The position numbers were made by a program, and so were the translations under genes. Below are positions 26,526 to 41,000 of a stretch of DNA of 64,000 nucleotides, piece by piece. Source of the stretch: the human T2T-CHM13v2.0 reference genome, Homo sapiens; the NCBI RefSeq assembly GCF_009914755.1, contig NC_060936.1, one strand, 5' to 3'. How positions within the stretch are numbered: position 1 is the first letter of the stretch; every line of letters begins with the position of its first letter. Below the pieces are notes generated by a model. It searched no databases. It worked only from the letters and a program-made list of their open reading frames with translations, and was not told where the DNA came from.

Positions 26526-27852
26526 TATCAACAATGACTATTTTTCCCTGCCTGCTTTTGAAACTAGCTCTTAGAAGAACTTGTTTCAAAAGGAAAAGGG
26601 AAAGCACCTTCTCATGCAGCGTAGCTATTTATTTTACTGATCATGGCTTAAACAGGCGATAGAAGAAACATTGCCTAAAGAGAAAATCTCAATTAGCCAA
26701 CTTCTTCTGTTCTAGTCATTGTTTTTATACACACTAGACTAGATCACAGCCAGTGGGCTGGACTGAGGGAGTGAGGTTATTGGAATATAATGGTGATATT
26801 AAAACTTGAAGTTCAAATAAACACATCCAGGACTATGAGAGTTTTGTAAATTAAAACTGGCAGAAGATCACAGTTTGGCTTCACATGAATCTGAAATTTC
26901 TAAGACATTTTCCATTTTTTCCTCCTAGAGTTTGGAATCACCACTGTTCATGCAAACCAGAAACAGACCTGGCTATCTGACAAATCATTGGCTAGTCACT
27001 CTCTTTCAAGATGTCTAAAGATAGAGAAGCAACAGAGGGCTATATTGCTATTTTGTATTAAATAAAACCAACAGTTAAGGTTTTTTACTTTTATTTTTTG
27101 AGGAAGGGGTGACAGAAAAGTAGAAAAGCAAAGCATTGGGAAATGGAAAACACTTTGTTCAGCTCATCTAAAAATTGAAAAAAAAAAGGTATTGGTATAA
27201 ATATAGTCTTTAAACCAAATTTAGCCCTGTTCAGCACACTGCTTTCACTGGTTTGCCAAAATTTATAATGGAAAGGGTGGTGTAGGCAGCAGTGGGGCTT
27301 CTGAAAACTTCTGTTCCCCTCAAGCTTCCAGGACAAGTGCCTCCTCCTCACAGTAAGCCTGCTCCAACTCAAGCAGTAGCAAAGTCCTGGGTCGATGCCA
27401 ACCTAAAAATTGGGCATGGGGAGGAAGGAAGCATTAGGCAACTATGGTGGGGTAAGATAAGGGACTGAGGAAAGAAAATGTCATTACAAGTGGTGTGGTT
27501 GACACTGTGGGGACCAGGGTCAGTCTAAACAGGAGGTGTGGAAAAAGGAACAGCATGGAGAAACTTGAGAGCACAACGACACATTTCTGTTAGATGCTAA
27601 GGCAAGATGATGATTCCAGAGCATGGAGGTGCCCAGAAAGCAGCAGTGTGTGTGCAGGTACTTGGGAGAAGAAGGGAGAGGGAGACAGTTCTGGAAAGGG
27701 AAAAGGAATCTCTTTCCTAGTGTTTCTTTCTTTTTTTTTTTTTTTCATCTCATCTCAAGGCTTACATTTGAATATTTCTTTTCTTAAAGCTTCAGAAGCA
27801 GTCATTGAGTATTCATCTGTATGAAGGGAAAAGAGAACTGTGCTAAGAGCTA

Positions 27853-28311
<459 letters not shown>

Positions 28312-29199
28312 TCAAAATTTTTAGGACAGAATGATATTTACAAAGTGTACATAAAAACTTGAGTAGCACATATAAGTAACTTAAAGAGGCAAAATTAATG
28401 TTCCATTTCTTTCACAGTTCTTTAAAATGCATAGTTACCTCCAGGGTTGTATATTTACTTCATTCTATTGATAAAAAGTAAATGTCAAAATTTTAAACTT
28501 GAAATATCAGAAGATATATTCAGTGATGACTTCCAAAATATTTAAAATTAGGTCATATTTTTCTTAGTTTAGCTCTAGGTAGTTTTCTTAAATTCTTTAG
28601 TATTTTTTCATTGAATCCACATGGACAGTATCAACTTATTCTTTGATTTAAAAAAAAGGAGGAAAAAAAACACAGACTTTCCCCCTTAGCTTAATGTTTT
28701 GAAAAAATGCATTAGATACTTTCATAAAGGTTATGAGAAGAGCCTTAATTTGACATTTTTGTTCAAGTAATTGCAATTGCATATTTCAGAATACTATATT
28801 ACAAGGTATCTTCTAATGAGCAGTTTGTTCTATTCCTACCTAAGAGTCAAACAGGAAAAAAAAAGTCTGTAACCTCTTGGTTACAGATTTTCAAAGTCCA
28901 AAACTAGTCTTACCAAAGAAGATTTTAAGAACAGTCATGTATTTGATAAATTTTATTTTACACTTTAGAAAAAGTCATTGCCTAAAAGATATAACATACT
29001 TTGCTCTTTTAATTTTCTTCTAAGCTCTTCTAATCATTTGCTATTTAAAAGTTGTTACTCATACATGCATTATTCATTCTGTTTAAGAAAAAGAGAAACT
29101 AAGGCAGAACTGAACATTTCCTGAGGAGCACTGATGATGACAAGCCATAATCTGAGGACTAACTAAATCTATATGGCCAACTTCAATTGTCCTCCCAAT

Positions 29200-31015
29200 C
29201 CCCAAGAAATTCTTGTAAACATCATTAGTCTCTCCCTTCTTGTACACACAACAGTTTCATAGTTTTCCCCCAGGTATGCTGTCCCATTCCTGCTATCTTC
29301 TCTCAACTGATGTCAATATCCACAAAGAAAACAGAGATTACTATATACGAATCCTCTCAACATCCCCCCCATCTATCTACAAATAGTCTAATATCCAATC
29401 CTGGTTCCTTTCCATATCCTCTGAGACTGGCCCCATCATTTATGCCATCTGTGCACATGTAAGTATACTAATGTGATGAAAAGATTAAAAACTCTGTCTC
29501 TACCATCATTATGCTTTTAAAAGAGTCTATAACCATGGCCTCAGTTTTCTTGCCCATCAGTCTTTACTACGGTATGGTTTTTGCCCTAGTCACTATTAAA
29601 ATTTCTCATAAAAGGTTACTGATGATTTCCAAGTTGCTAAGTCCAATGAGCCCTTTCCCATCTCTATCTCTCCTGTCTTCTATGAAATTTTTTAATGACA
29701 AGTAACTTCTCCTTCTCTTCTTTTTTGATGTATACATAGCAACTCTCTCTGAGTTTTCCTTCTCCTTCTCCAATCACTTTCTCTAGTCACCTTCACATGC
29801 TCTTCTCTCTATAATTGCACCTCAAAAAAAAAGTTCTGAATGTGGGTCTATGCGTCCTTAGAGAATGCATAGCTTCGATGTTCATATGCATATGAATATT
29901 TTTCTGGGGGGGAGCAGATTCTAGCTTTCATCACATTCTCAAAAGAATCTATGACTCAAAAAAGTTAAGAACCATTGTCTTAAATGTTGATGTTCCCAGG
30001 AAACAACTACTAGTCTGCTCTTCTGGCTTATGCTCTCATTTTGGGGGCATCTTATCTATTTCCATGACTTCAAATTACACCTACATTTCATTAGCCTCCA
30101 AGATTTTTATCTCCAGTTTTCACCCTTCTCCTAATCTCTAGATTCATATTGACAACTGTCAACTAGATTTCTCCCTTTGGACTTAACATTGGAAAGATAA
30201 TGGACAAACTCATTATCTTCCCAATGAGGCTGTTCATTTGTATTCCTTAGGAAAGCATAATATACCTATTACCCAAGACATAAACTTGGCAGTTTTTCTT
30301 AGACTCCAAACTTCTTTCTTACCAACTACCTCCACAAATTCTCATTGATTTCTCAGCTTTATTCCTGTCTTTTCCTTCCCAATATTATGACCAAAATTCA
30401 GACATTTCTCCCTCATGCTCCTAACCTACCTCCCTGGTAACTCATGCGCTCCAGATTTATTCCCTCAATCGGCACCATCATCCAATTTTTCTTCTTAAAT
30501 GCCAACTGGAATATATCACTGCTCCTACTTAACACCCTTAATGGTTTCTTATTACAATGAAGACTTTGGCTAGCTACAACTTTCTCTCTAGCTCTGCCCA
30601 CCAGCCTCTTCTCCCACATCCTGCCTCACAGGTCTTTGATCTGGCCATATCAAGCTTCAAGTTAACTTAGCCACCAGCCTCTGTCATGAATCTTATTTCA
30701 TACTCTATGCCTGGAGTATCCACTCCCTGCACTTGCCCACCAAGCAGACTTTGACTTACCTCTCCAAGCTTGGATGAAATGTCATCTCTTCAGTTAAACT
30801 GCCCTTGCTACAGATGCTTCTTTCCTGTCCCCTTCCTCATCTTTATACTATTGTACTTACGGTAAAAATCTATTTTCTTGTCTCTTCCCCCTGGCCCCTA
30901 CCCCAATTAAACTCTCCTCATTGGAAGGGATTTTTTCTCTTCTTATTTGAATCTGCAGTGACTAATCTATTTTTTGTGGCTGAAAAACTGTTTCTAAAAA
31001 ATGAATGCAAACTTT
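29200..31015 (+). mobile_element. long decayed L2, with a small hAT (Charlie4z-like) insert near 29825-29980
   Basis: L2 motifs (ccatgacttcaaattacacc, atcactgctcctacttaacacc, terminal tgaatg); hAT end ctttcatcacattctcaaaag...aagttaagaaccattg. Confidence 0.55.
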
Positions 31016-31279
31016 AAGTTAGTATAGTCTAAAAAAATAGGTAACTCACCTTTTACCATGTCCATTTAAGGTATGAAATTTCTGACTTTCAATGAAACAG
31101 AAGTTCAAGTATACTTGCAAAGCCTTGGCTGAGAGAGGTAGACATTTGGGTCCCAGTCAACAGTCAGCGGGAGATGGGAAAAGGGGCCAACAAGGGAGAC
31201 TAAGCTGGTCCAGAGCTGGCTCTTGAAGGGAGAGAGCCAACAGTCCAAATAACAATGGCCACGAGGCTGGGGAGAATGT

Positions 31280-31850
31280 GGGTGAAGTCTGGGCTAGAGT
31301 GAGACCTGCTTGGCTTGAATTCTAACTCTACTATTTACTAGCTGGCCTTGGGTACAGGCTTAGCCTTACATTCATTCAACATATATGTATGGAGTGTGCC
31401 AGGCATAAGGCATTGTGTGTGCCTGAGATGCCAAGCTGAGTCAAAACAGACCTAGTATTTGTCCTTATGGAGCTTGCAGGCTGGAAGGGAGCTGATCATT
31501 AATCAAGTAAGTAAAAAATCGAGACTGTGATAAAGGGCTTCAGAGAAGTACATGGGGTTCTTTGAGAATGTGTGCTTTGGCTTAACTTGGGGGTCAGGAA
31601 CAGCTTGCTTGAGAAAGGATGGCAGAACTGAGATCTGCTCAGTGAGCAGAGGTTAAACAGGTGAAGGAGGGGCAGCTTTTTAAGCAGAGGAAAGATCAGT
31701 TGCGTAAGCTCTGGGAGGACTCTGGCAAGCTTGAGGAACCCAAGGAAGCCAGTGTCTACTTTGCAGTGCTGTTGTGAGGATCAAATAATGCATGTAAAGT
31801 AGGTGAAAATGTTGGCACATTGTAAGCATTCAACAAATGCTAGTTACTAT
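31280..31850. mobile_element. MIR interrupted by a reverse L2 3' fragment
   Basis: MIR core ttgaattctaactctactatttactagctg and gttgtgaggatcaaataatgcatgtaaag flank ttcattcaaca...gtgccaggca. Confidence 0.55.
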
Positions 31851-33089
31851 ACACAGGATCAATATAAAGTCCTTTATTGGTGCAGTGTGGTAGCAGGAGT
31901 CCCTTGACAGTGGCAGTACCCATAGAAAAAAGCAGCTTGGAGATTCCTGGGTGATGGGAGCTGGAGGGGTGTGATCAACAGAGGGTCTCTGTAATGCATT
32001 GTGGGTATAGGGAGTAAGGTTCAGAATGAAAGCAGGGGCTGTGAAAATAGTCCAAAACAACCTTCCTTTTCTAGTTCAAGTTAGCACATATAGGCAAAAT
32101 TGGAATTATCTTATTTCTTTAACTTTAAAATGTCTTATCAAACTATTAATTTGCAGGAAATTTAAAGGATAGCGGAATAAGTTAAACTACACCACAAAGA
32201 TGTAATCAGTAAAATCCAGACTATAGAAAACTCTACAGGGCAAAAACCTAGTTTCTTTAATAAAAATTTTAAGGAATGAAAAAAAGAAAGACATAGAGAG
32301 GAAATCCCATGTATTTCCTAGTATTATGCAAGACAAGTATTTTATATATTATATATATATATTCCATATATAATATATATTATACATTATATATATTATT
32401 CCCAGTATTATACAAGGAAATCTCCATGTATTTCCCAGTATTATACAAGGCAAAACAACAGAAGAAGTCTTATTCCCTATCTTTGAGAATCTCTGATAAT
32501 AATACTATTTGCCTGAACTTAGCTAATAAGAGTATCTGCTTCTGTTTAAATTAAATTCAATATTGTATCCTATATAACCAATTTCCTGTATTACAGTTTG
32601 AATAAAAAGAAATCACAGACTAGGTAAAATGGTATTGTGATTAAATTCTACTGTGTTTATATTTCCAAAAGCAAGTTTGATTTTCATAGGTCTTGCCTTT
32701 TACCCCAGGAATCCATTTCAATGAATAGCTCTGATCAAAGGTTTAAAAGTAAATTAATTCTAATTAATTAAGAACAAAATCTTTTCCAAATTGAGATACA
32801 CACAGAAGAGCAAATCATTATATCTGGCTGATCTTTCTGTGTTCATGCCTTCTTTTATTCATTCACCCAGTAAATATTTACTGAGTAGTTTCCATGTGCC
32901 AGGTTCTGCTCTGGGCACTAGGGATGCAGCAGTCAGCAAAAGAAGTAAAAACTCTTGGCCCTCATGGAGCCTACTTCTGATATGAGAAAGAGGAGGAGAC
33001 ACATAATTTTTAAAGAAATATTTAAATGAACATATATCAAGTAATGACAGGCACTATGTGGAAGACTTCAGTGGAGAAAGATGGTAGAG

Positions 33090-33446
33090 AATAAAATGTG
33101 GAACATATGTACCATGGAATACTATGCAGCCATAAAAAAGAATGAGTTCATGTCCTTTGCAGGGACATGGATGAAGTTGGAAACCATCATTCTCAGCAAA
33201 CTAACACAGGAACAGGAAACCAAACACCACATGTTCTCACTTATAAGTGGGAGTTGAACAGCAAGAACACACGGACACAGGGAGGGGAACATCACACACC
33301 GGGGCTTGTCAGGGGGTGGGGGGCTAGGGGAAGGATAGCATTAGAGAAACATAATGTAGATGACGGGTTGATGGGTGCAGCAAACCACCATGGCATGTGT
33401 ATACCTATGTAACAAGCCTGCAAGTTCTCCACATGTATCCCAGAAC
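33090..33446 (+). mobile_element. L1PA 3' UTR fragment inserted into a reverse L2 (~32850-33770)
   Basis: aaaatgtggaacatatgtaccatggaatactatgcagcc...cacatgtatcccagaac. Confidence 0.88.
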
Positions 33447-33553
33447 ATACATATATATATGTGTATATATATATGTATATATATACACATGTATATGTGT
33501 GTGTGTGTATATATATGTGTGTATATATATGTGTGTATATATATATATATATG
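33447..33553. repeat. compound (TA)n/(TG)n microsatellite
   Basis: Alternating purine-pyrimidine run where the L1 A-tail should be. Confidence 0.92.
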
Positions 33554-35930
33554 CATGGTATGCGATTGCTGTTTCTGAGAGGACAGACTCGGAAGACTGC
33601 TGGGCTGGGATGTTTTACTAGAGACTGGAATAAAGTGAGAGAGCAAGCTATGCAGATATCTGGGGGAAGAGCAGAGGGAATGCTTAGTGCCAAGTCCTTC
33701 AGGTGGCAGTGTACCTGGCACATTCATAAAAATAGCGAAGAGGCCAGTGTGGCTGTATCAGAGTGGATGGGTACCATGGTTATGAGCATGCAGCTCATGG
33801 GGAAGCAATGCCTTAACCCAAGGAAAGCTGTCTGGAGATCCCAGAGGAGGAACCCGAGACAGAGCCCATAATAACAAGATCAGTTTTAAACATCCTCTGG
33901 GGCCAGAGGAAACTCTGTAGGTGACATCAACTCCTGTCTGCCTCTTACCTCTGATCTCTCTTGTCCATGACCCCTCTCCTGGAGGAGCTAGACCCTACTG
34001 AGAAGGGTCAACCATGTTGCAACCAACCAAGCTGCAGCTAAGGGAAAGGAGAATATTAACTTTAAATAAGGATCATAATTTTAACTACCACACAGAAGAG
34101 GAGATTTTAATTACTGGCATGAGAATAATCTTAGCACTAAAGTAATCAGAGAACATTTTATTATGTCAGGTTGACTACAGAAATCTCAGGATCTGCCTGA
34201 GCATCCATCCAAAGACCTAAAGAGAAAGTAGCCTAGTGGTAGGTTTGCAGGGGCTGCTGTGAGAAAGAGTAAAGATCGCTCTGTGTGATTACACATGATG
34301 GCATTTTGCTTCTTTGGTGCAATAATTCATGTAAGGATGTTAAGAGTAAAAGAGCGGCAGCAGATTTGCCATTTGTAACGTTAGCCAAACTCATAGTCTG
34401 TTTTTTTTGTTTGTTTTTTGCCTGCTTAACACATGCCAGAATATTAGGACACACCTGAGCCCTCCTTCATTACTTTTTACTTATATTAAGTTATACCTTA
34501 GCTTTTTAATTTCTAAAAATTGTTTTCTCCAAATTTTGAGTACTTGTAATTCCTGTTCCTAGATGTATACCTATTTAATGGTAATCACTCTCTTCTGAAA
34601 GCACAGCAAATGACAGTATTTTACAGTCAAAATAAATGGTTATAAAACAAATGAAAGCAGACACTATAGTTAGTCAAGCTGATTCATTAAAAAAATACAT
34701 ACACACACACAGACACATTAAAGTTGAATCAACTGTCATCTTTTAGTGATGACTGTTGATCTGATGTGATGAGAGAAAGTTCCTGCATGTGGATAGGTGG
34801 ATTCGGTTCCCGGATGGTCTGGAACATCGTTAACTCATACAGACTGATTCTGGCCCCAGTTCAAACTTCTAAGCCTTTGTTCTTGAGGCTCAGAGGATGG
34901 CTTTGAAGTTCAGGATAAAGCTCTTCTAACACACCATTACCAAAGAATAACCTTTTGATTATGATCTCATGAAAGTATAATCAATAACTTACATAAGTTA
35001 AAACCATGGCAAACAGTGACGGTTCTGTAATTGGACCTTTATGAATTCCATATGTTACAGTCTCGGCATTAGCTAACAGTCCTGCATAATACACATATCT
35101 CTTCCCCAAACATAGCCGCTGAACTTTCTTAAAAGGCTATGAAACTTTTCACAGCTACTGTCAGCCTTGAACTCTTCAAACCCCTAAGCATGGGTGTAGT
35201 ACCTAAAGGGGAGGATTTTTGGAAAGTCTGAAAGGACAAATATTTCTCCCAGATCCAATAAACACTCATTTGCGGAAAGCAATTTAATCAAAGACAGTAA
35301 CTTTTTACCTAATTGCATGGCTTGTGTACTTTGAAAAATATATCGGGGGGAAAATACTTTTCCGACAAATCATTGTTAAAATATAAGTGAAAATATATTC
35401 ATTTAGCAAAGACATGCTCTCATGTGAAGATCCCAAATGCCTGGGAAGCCATTATGTCATTAACCACATTATCTAGGGTTTATATTTGTTTCCTCTTTCT
35501 CATTAAATGAAATTGCATTATTAGCAAATTAGAAATGTGGGTGTTTAGTGTAGCTTGATTGCCTTCGCTTTGGGAGGAAGGGAAGTAAGCATGAAAAAAA
35601 CAAAACCAACAGAATTTTCTGATCTATCTAAGGGGGCAACAAAGAAGTCTGAATTGAAGGAGCACTTAATGACAGAATAAAAGATATCCAAGGAAAGATT
35701 AGTCCCATCTTTTTGTACTAAACATGAGATCTTTAAAGACAGATGAGTATATAAAACCAAATGCAATAAATAAAGAGGGCACACATCAAAGGAGTTATTT
35801 TTGTGTCTTGGCTTCTTCTTTCCCAATAACTATTACTAACTTCCCTCCCACTCCCCACTCCATCGTCACCTTAGTGAGTTTTGTTACCTGTTATCATGGA
35901 TTCTCCTCCTCCTCCTCCTTCCTCTTCTTC

Positions 35931-35973
<43 letters not shown>

Positions 35974-36266
35974 TTTTGACAAGGTCTCTCTCTGTCACCC
36001 GGGCTAAAGTGCAGTGGTGCAATTTTGACTCACTGCAGCCTCCATCTCCTGGGCTCAAGCCATCCTCTCACCTCAACCTCTGCAGTGGCTGGGACTACAG
36101 GTGCATGCCACCACATCAGACTAATTTTTGTATTTTTTTTTTTTTGTAGAGGCAGGGTCTTACTATGTTGCCCAAGCTGGTCTTGAACTCCTGGGCTCAA
36201 GCAATCCTCCTGCCTCAGGCCCCCCAAAGTACTAGGATTACAGGTGTGAGCCACTAGTGCCCAGCT
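35931..36266 (-). mobile_element. Alu (J-like) with (TTTA)n tail
   Basis: Reverse dimer; ~11 TTTA units. Confidence 0.92.
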
Positions 36267-36773
36267 TGAATTTTTCTTTATTTTGGAACATATTTGAAAG
36301 TTGCCAAAGCCACTTCTGAGCAAATTTGTGTCTCTAGATTCTCTAGTTCAAAATAGCACTCTCAAGCAATCCTTGTGGCTCTACTGCCACTACAGAGAAC
36401 TTTTCCTCTTGTAAATATGTTAGTATCTTTCAAATTAGAAATACTCACAATACATTCATTGTACTCATTGCATTAAAATATATTTGGCCCCATATCTCCT
36501 CTATTTGATTATAATTCCTAGAGGCAGATATGATAACTATTTATCAGTCTATTTTCAATAGTCCGTTTTATTTTGTAAAGGTAATTTCAAATGTCTTGCA
36601 CACAAAAAAAAGGATGATCAAAGAAAACCAGTAACACCAAAGGGGAAAGAGATCAGGTTTTTGAATATCTTCAGTTTGACTATCTTTAAAGAAAATATCA
36701 GTGAGCTTGTTAGGGCCCCAGTTGTAATAGAAGGAAATAGGTTACATAAAGAAGAAAAGAAAAGAAGCAGATC

Positions 36774-36880
36774 GTGCTCACTTCGGCAGCACATATACTA
36801 AAATTGAAACGATACAGAGAAGGTTAGCATGGCCCCTGTGCAAGGATGACATGCAAATTCATGAAGCATTCCATATTTTT
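36774..36880 (+). pseudogene. U6 snRNA retropseudogene, full length, 5' part of a U6/L1 chimera
   Basis: GTGCTCACTTCGGCAGCACATATACTAAAATTG...ACAGAGA...TTCCATATTTTT; 7 substitutions versus the U6 sequence as I recall it, 5 of them CpG transitions; no recognisable PSE/TATA upstream. Confidence 0.96.
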
Positions 36881-38060
36881 CAAAACTTAATTCAAGATGG
36901 ATTACATACTTAAATGTAAAACCCAAAACCATAAAAACCCTAGAAGAAAACCTAAGCAATACCATTCAGGACATAGGCATGGGCAAAGACTTCATGACTA
37001 AAACACCAAAAGCAATTTCAAGAAAAGCCAAAATTGACAAATGGGATCTAAATAAACTAAAGAGCTTCTGCACAGCAAAAGAATCTATCATCAGAATGAA
37101 CAAGTGACCTACAGAATGGGAGAAAATTTTTGCAATATACCCATCTGACAAAGGTCTAATATCCAGAATCTACAAGGAACTTAAACAAATTTACAAGAAA
37201 CAAACAACCCCATCAAAAAGTGGGCAAAGGATATGAACAGACACTTCTCAAAAGAAGACATTTATATGGCTGATAAATATATAAAAATAAGCTCATTATC
37301 ACTGGTCATTAGAGAAATGCAAACCAAAACCACAATGAGATACCATCTCATGCCAGTTAGAATGGCAGTCATTAAAAAGTCTAGAAACAACAGATGCTGG
37401 CGAGGATGTGGAGAAATAGGAATGCTTTTACACTGTTGGTGGGAGTGTAAATTAGTTCAACCATTGTGGAAAGACAGTGTGGCAATTTCTCAAGGATCTA
37501 CAACCAGAAATACCATTTGACCCAGCAATCCCATTACTGGGTATATACCCAAAGTATAATAAATCATTCTATTATAAAGACACATGCACACATATGTTTA
37601 TTGCAGCACTATGTACAATAGCAAAGACTTGTAACCAACTCAAATGCCCATCAGTGATAGACTGGATAAAGAAAATGTGGCACATATACACCATAGAATG
37701 CTATGCAGCCATAAAAAGAATGAGATCATGTCCTTTGCAGGGACATGGATGAAGCTGGAAGCCATCATTCTTAGCAAACTAACACAGGAACAGAAACTCA
37801 AACACCACATGTTCTCATTCATAAGTGAGAGTTGAACAATGAGAACACATGGACATAGGGAGGGGAACAACACACACTGGGGCCTGTTAGGAGTGGAGGG
37901 CAAGGGGAGGGAGAACATTAGGAGACACCTAATGCATGTGGGGCTTAAAACCTAGATGACGGGTTGATAGGTGCAGCAAACCACCATGGCACATGTATAC
38001 CTGTGTAACAAACCTGCACGTTCTGCACATGTATCCTGGAACTTAAAAAAAAAAAAAAAA
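36881..38060 (+). mobile_element. L1PA (approx. L1PA7/8) 3' ~1.2 kb: decayed ORF2 end, 3' UTR, polyA
   Basis: ORF2 C-terminal motifs ([42 protein letters not shown]) split by frameshifts; G-rich 3' UTR; A-tail. Confidence 0.93.
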
Positions 38061-41000
38061 GAAACAGATCAACAGAAAAAAACTCGATGTATCCAAATCA
38101 GCAAGGCTGATGTAATCTGATTCATGATTTGTGTGGATGTATGGAAACTAAGAGCTCTGAAAACTGGGCCTCTTTTATTCACCTTAAAAAAAAAAAAAGA
38201 ACAGCTCTGAGAATTATACACCAGTCAGTATCAATATTTGTTTTCATGGCTTTATTAATAGCTAGATGAACAACCTAGACATCAACATAGAGTCACAAGA
38301 TGCAAGCCGTGCCATATTAAATTGATGTCTTTGCTCAAAAGAGAGGACAAGAAACAATAGAGATATCTACCTCCATTTCAAAATTGATATTGATTCCTTC
38401 CTACATGGCATAGTTATAAAATGAGAAATCTAGCCTCTACCGTTCTAGGGGATGGCTAAACAATAGATTTAAGAGTCACCCCCAAAGCAGAAACCTACGT
38501 CAGCCTGGTGGACACACTGGGTGCTATTTTATTCAGGTTAGTCTCAGAAACCAATCTATTAGATATTCCTGTTAGTGACTTTGACAAACACAAATATGAA
38601 GATGCTCAAGTTGCCTACTTCTTTTTCCTACTTTTCTCACTCCCAAGTCTTATCATTTATTCATACTAGTCTACGTTTCTTTTCCTGATCCCTCCAAAAT
38701 CACTTTGTTTCAAAAAATCAAGTCCTTCCTCAACATTTATTTCTAAATTATCTCCTGACCAGAGAGTGAATCTTTCCACAGAACTCTTTCTGTTGCCATT
38801 TTTATAATTACCTTAGCATTGTCTTTTATGTATTTCTGTCTTTGGTGTCTTCCCTTAATTTTCTTTGATTGTATCATATCACTTCGTGTGATAGGATTAG
38901 AGGAAATTAAAATTCAAAATGTTCTAGTATCACACAGGAAAAACATGTTTACTAAATGGAAGAAGTGAGGAAGAGAGGAATTGTAATTCTAGGATTGGCA
39001 GATTCTGGTGAAAAGAACTCATCTCCAAGAATGAGCCAAAGTTATAAAACAAATTAAGAGAAGGACAATAGCACATCAGGGTTAGTACATGTTGTGCTAG
39101 CATAATGTCTTTCCTGCTCCATAGGCAGTGGATAAAATAAGTCAATTTATGAACACAGACTTTTAGAAATAGGTTAACATAGGGTCAGGCCAATTTTTCA
39201 AAGTCATGTAAAAATAGCACTATTTTTAAACATATATATTATCTGACTGTTAAACACTTTTCAACTCTGTTTGAAAAATCTGTATCTGTAGTTCCTTTTG
39301 ATGCTCTTGGAATGTCCATAATAAGGAATCTCAGAGAGCTTTGTAAACAGGCCAGTCTTCACAAAGCCCTTCTAAGGGAAAATAGCAGATCACAACACAT
39401 ACCACTTTAGAGCCGGAAAAATTCTAAGAGATCATATGGGGAAGTGGAGGGCTAGGCAGGTTAAGTTACATTTCCAAAGCCCCCCAGTCAGGACTGGCTC
39501 AGCATGCTTTCCATGATATCATATGGCTGCCACACCAACCACTTCCGTTTTGCTATTGTTCAATACCTACTATGTCCTGGGCATTGTGCTGGGCAAAATG
39601 GATCACGGCCAGAACTGAGTCACCAAGTAGTGCTTGCAACTAGCCCACTCAGCTATTGCCTCAAAATTGAACATTAAAGTCTGTGTGTGTGTGTGTGTGT
39701 AATGGATAACACAAAAACAGATCAATGGCCTTCCCCATACTCCATTCCAGAGAAAAACTGTAGGCAACTTTTTCTTTCCACATTTTATGGGACTGTGATA
39801 TGGTGATGTTGTATCCTAAGACTGAAGCACAGTGAAAAACCCTGCCCTGGTTGTCAGAAAACATGTGCCCTTTAGCCAGCTCTATTGCTAACTCCCTCTG
39901 GGAAGTCAGTCATCATTTCTAGTCCTTGGTTTCCTCATCTGAAAAATAAGGTGGTTCAACTAATCTTTAAGATTCCCTCCCTTCTAAGAGTTCAGAATTC
40001 TAAGCAAGCCCTTAGCAATTTCTTCTAAGATTTAACATAGAGTCCAGAGCATTTGGGAAGAGAATATAGCTCATTCTGCATACATACCTAAGTAGAGAAT
40101 TTATGGACTCGATATAGACTTAGGTCTTAAAGTCCCAGCATAATTGTTCTGTGCTCTTAGTGACCTAAGATCTAATAAGCAATCTTCTCAGAAACACATG
40201 TGAACCTAGAAATTTGATGCACAAATCTCTTTGGAGACATATCTTTGCCTTTATCAATTCCTGATGTTTTCAAAATGTATAGAAATCTTTTGATAGCCAA
40301 TTTATGAGATTACTTAGAGTGAGCCAATGGGAATGATTGAGAATGATTTCCCTCCATCAGACCTGCCCATTTCCCTCCTATTTGCCGCATGTTCACTGCA
40401 GCAGATTTTGCTCAAATAAGCCACGTGATGCTCCTGCCTTTGAAGTGGCTACAGAAGATGCTCTGCAGCAGAGAGGCCAGCAGTCTATAAACAATAATTT
40501 GTGTATGCCTACCAGGCTCCCCTTCTCCCCAACCCGCCACCTTGAACTGTTGTATTCCATAGAGAGCAAATTTAGCAGAAGTTAGCAGACACTTCAAAGC
40601 CTGAAACAGAGTCTTTACTCAGATATCAAGACTGCTGGTTCAAGTGAAGCCAGCTCTTTGGCTGCCTGGGTACTTTCTCCAAAGACTCTCCTATATCTAC
40701 CCTTTCCTCTTCTTCCTCTTGGATATACAGCTCTGGGAGCGCTGATTAGCAAGTTTATTTGCCTTTTCTTTTACAAGCACCCATAAGAATGTATTTGTTA
40801 GCTCAGTTTCCTCATTTTTATACAATGTAGCATACACATTCTTTCTCTTAAAAAGTGCTGTTTTCCAGCCAGTAATGTCAATAACTCTTTAAGTTTTGAC
40901 GTTGATCTACTTGTTAATCCCACTCTACTTTGTCCTTAAGAAAATTGAGGAAATAACACCTCTGAGCATTAGGAGAATATATTATTTAATATTAAAAACA

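Noticed and set aside
33805-33818. 14-nt match to the reverse complement of U6atac as I recall it (gcaatgccttaacc)
   Set aside because: Does not extend on either side; consistent with chance
33292-33871. Cluster of Tyr/Ile/Val/Cys-rich ORFs
   Set aside because: Translations of the TA/TG microsatellite and L1 3' UTR
33893-33910. Short palindromes (tcctctgg-gg-ccagagga; similar 8-bp stems near 46322 and 57130)
   Set aside because: 8-bp stems occur by chance at this rate in 64 kb and lack supporting context
36774-36880. Functional U6 snRNA gene
   Set aside because: No visible upstream Pol III promoter elements, CpG-decay mutations, fused to L1 and bounded by a TSD
37233-37835. L1 ORF2-like ORFs as coding genes
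   Set aside because: Frameshifted fragments of a 5'-truncated L1
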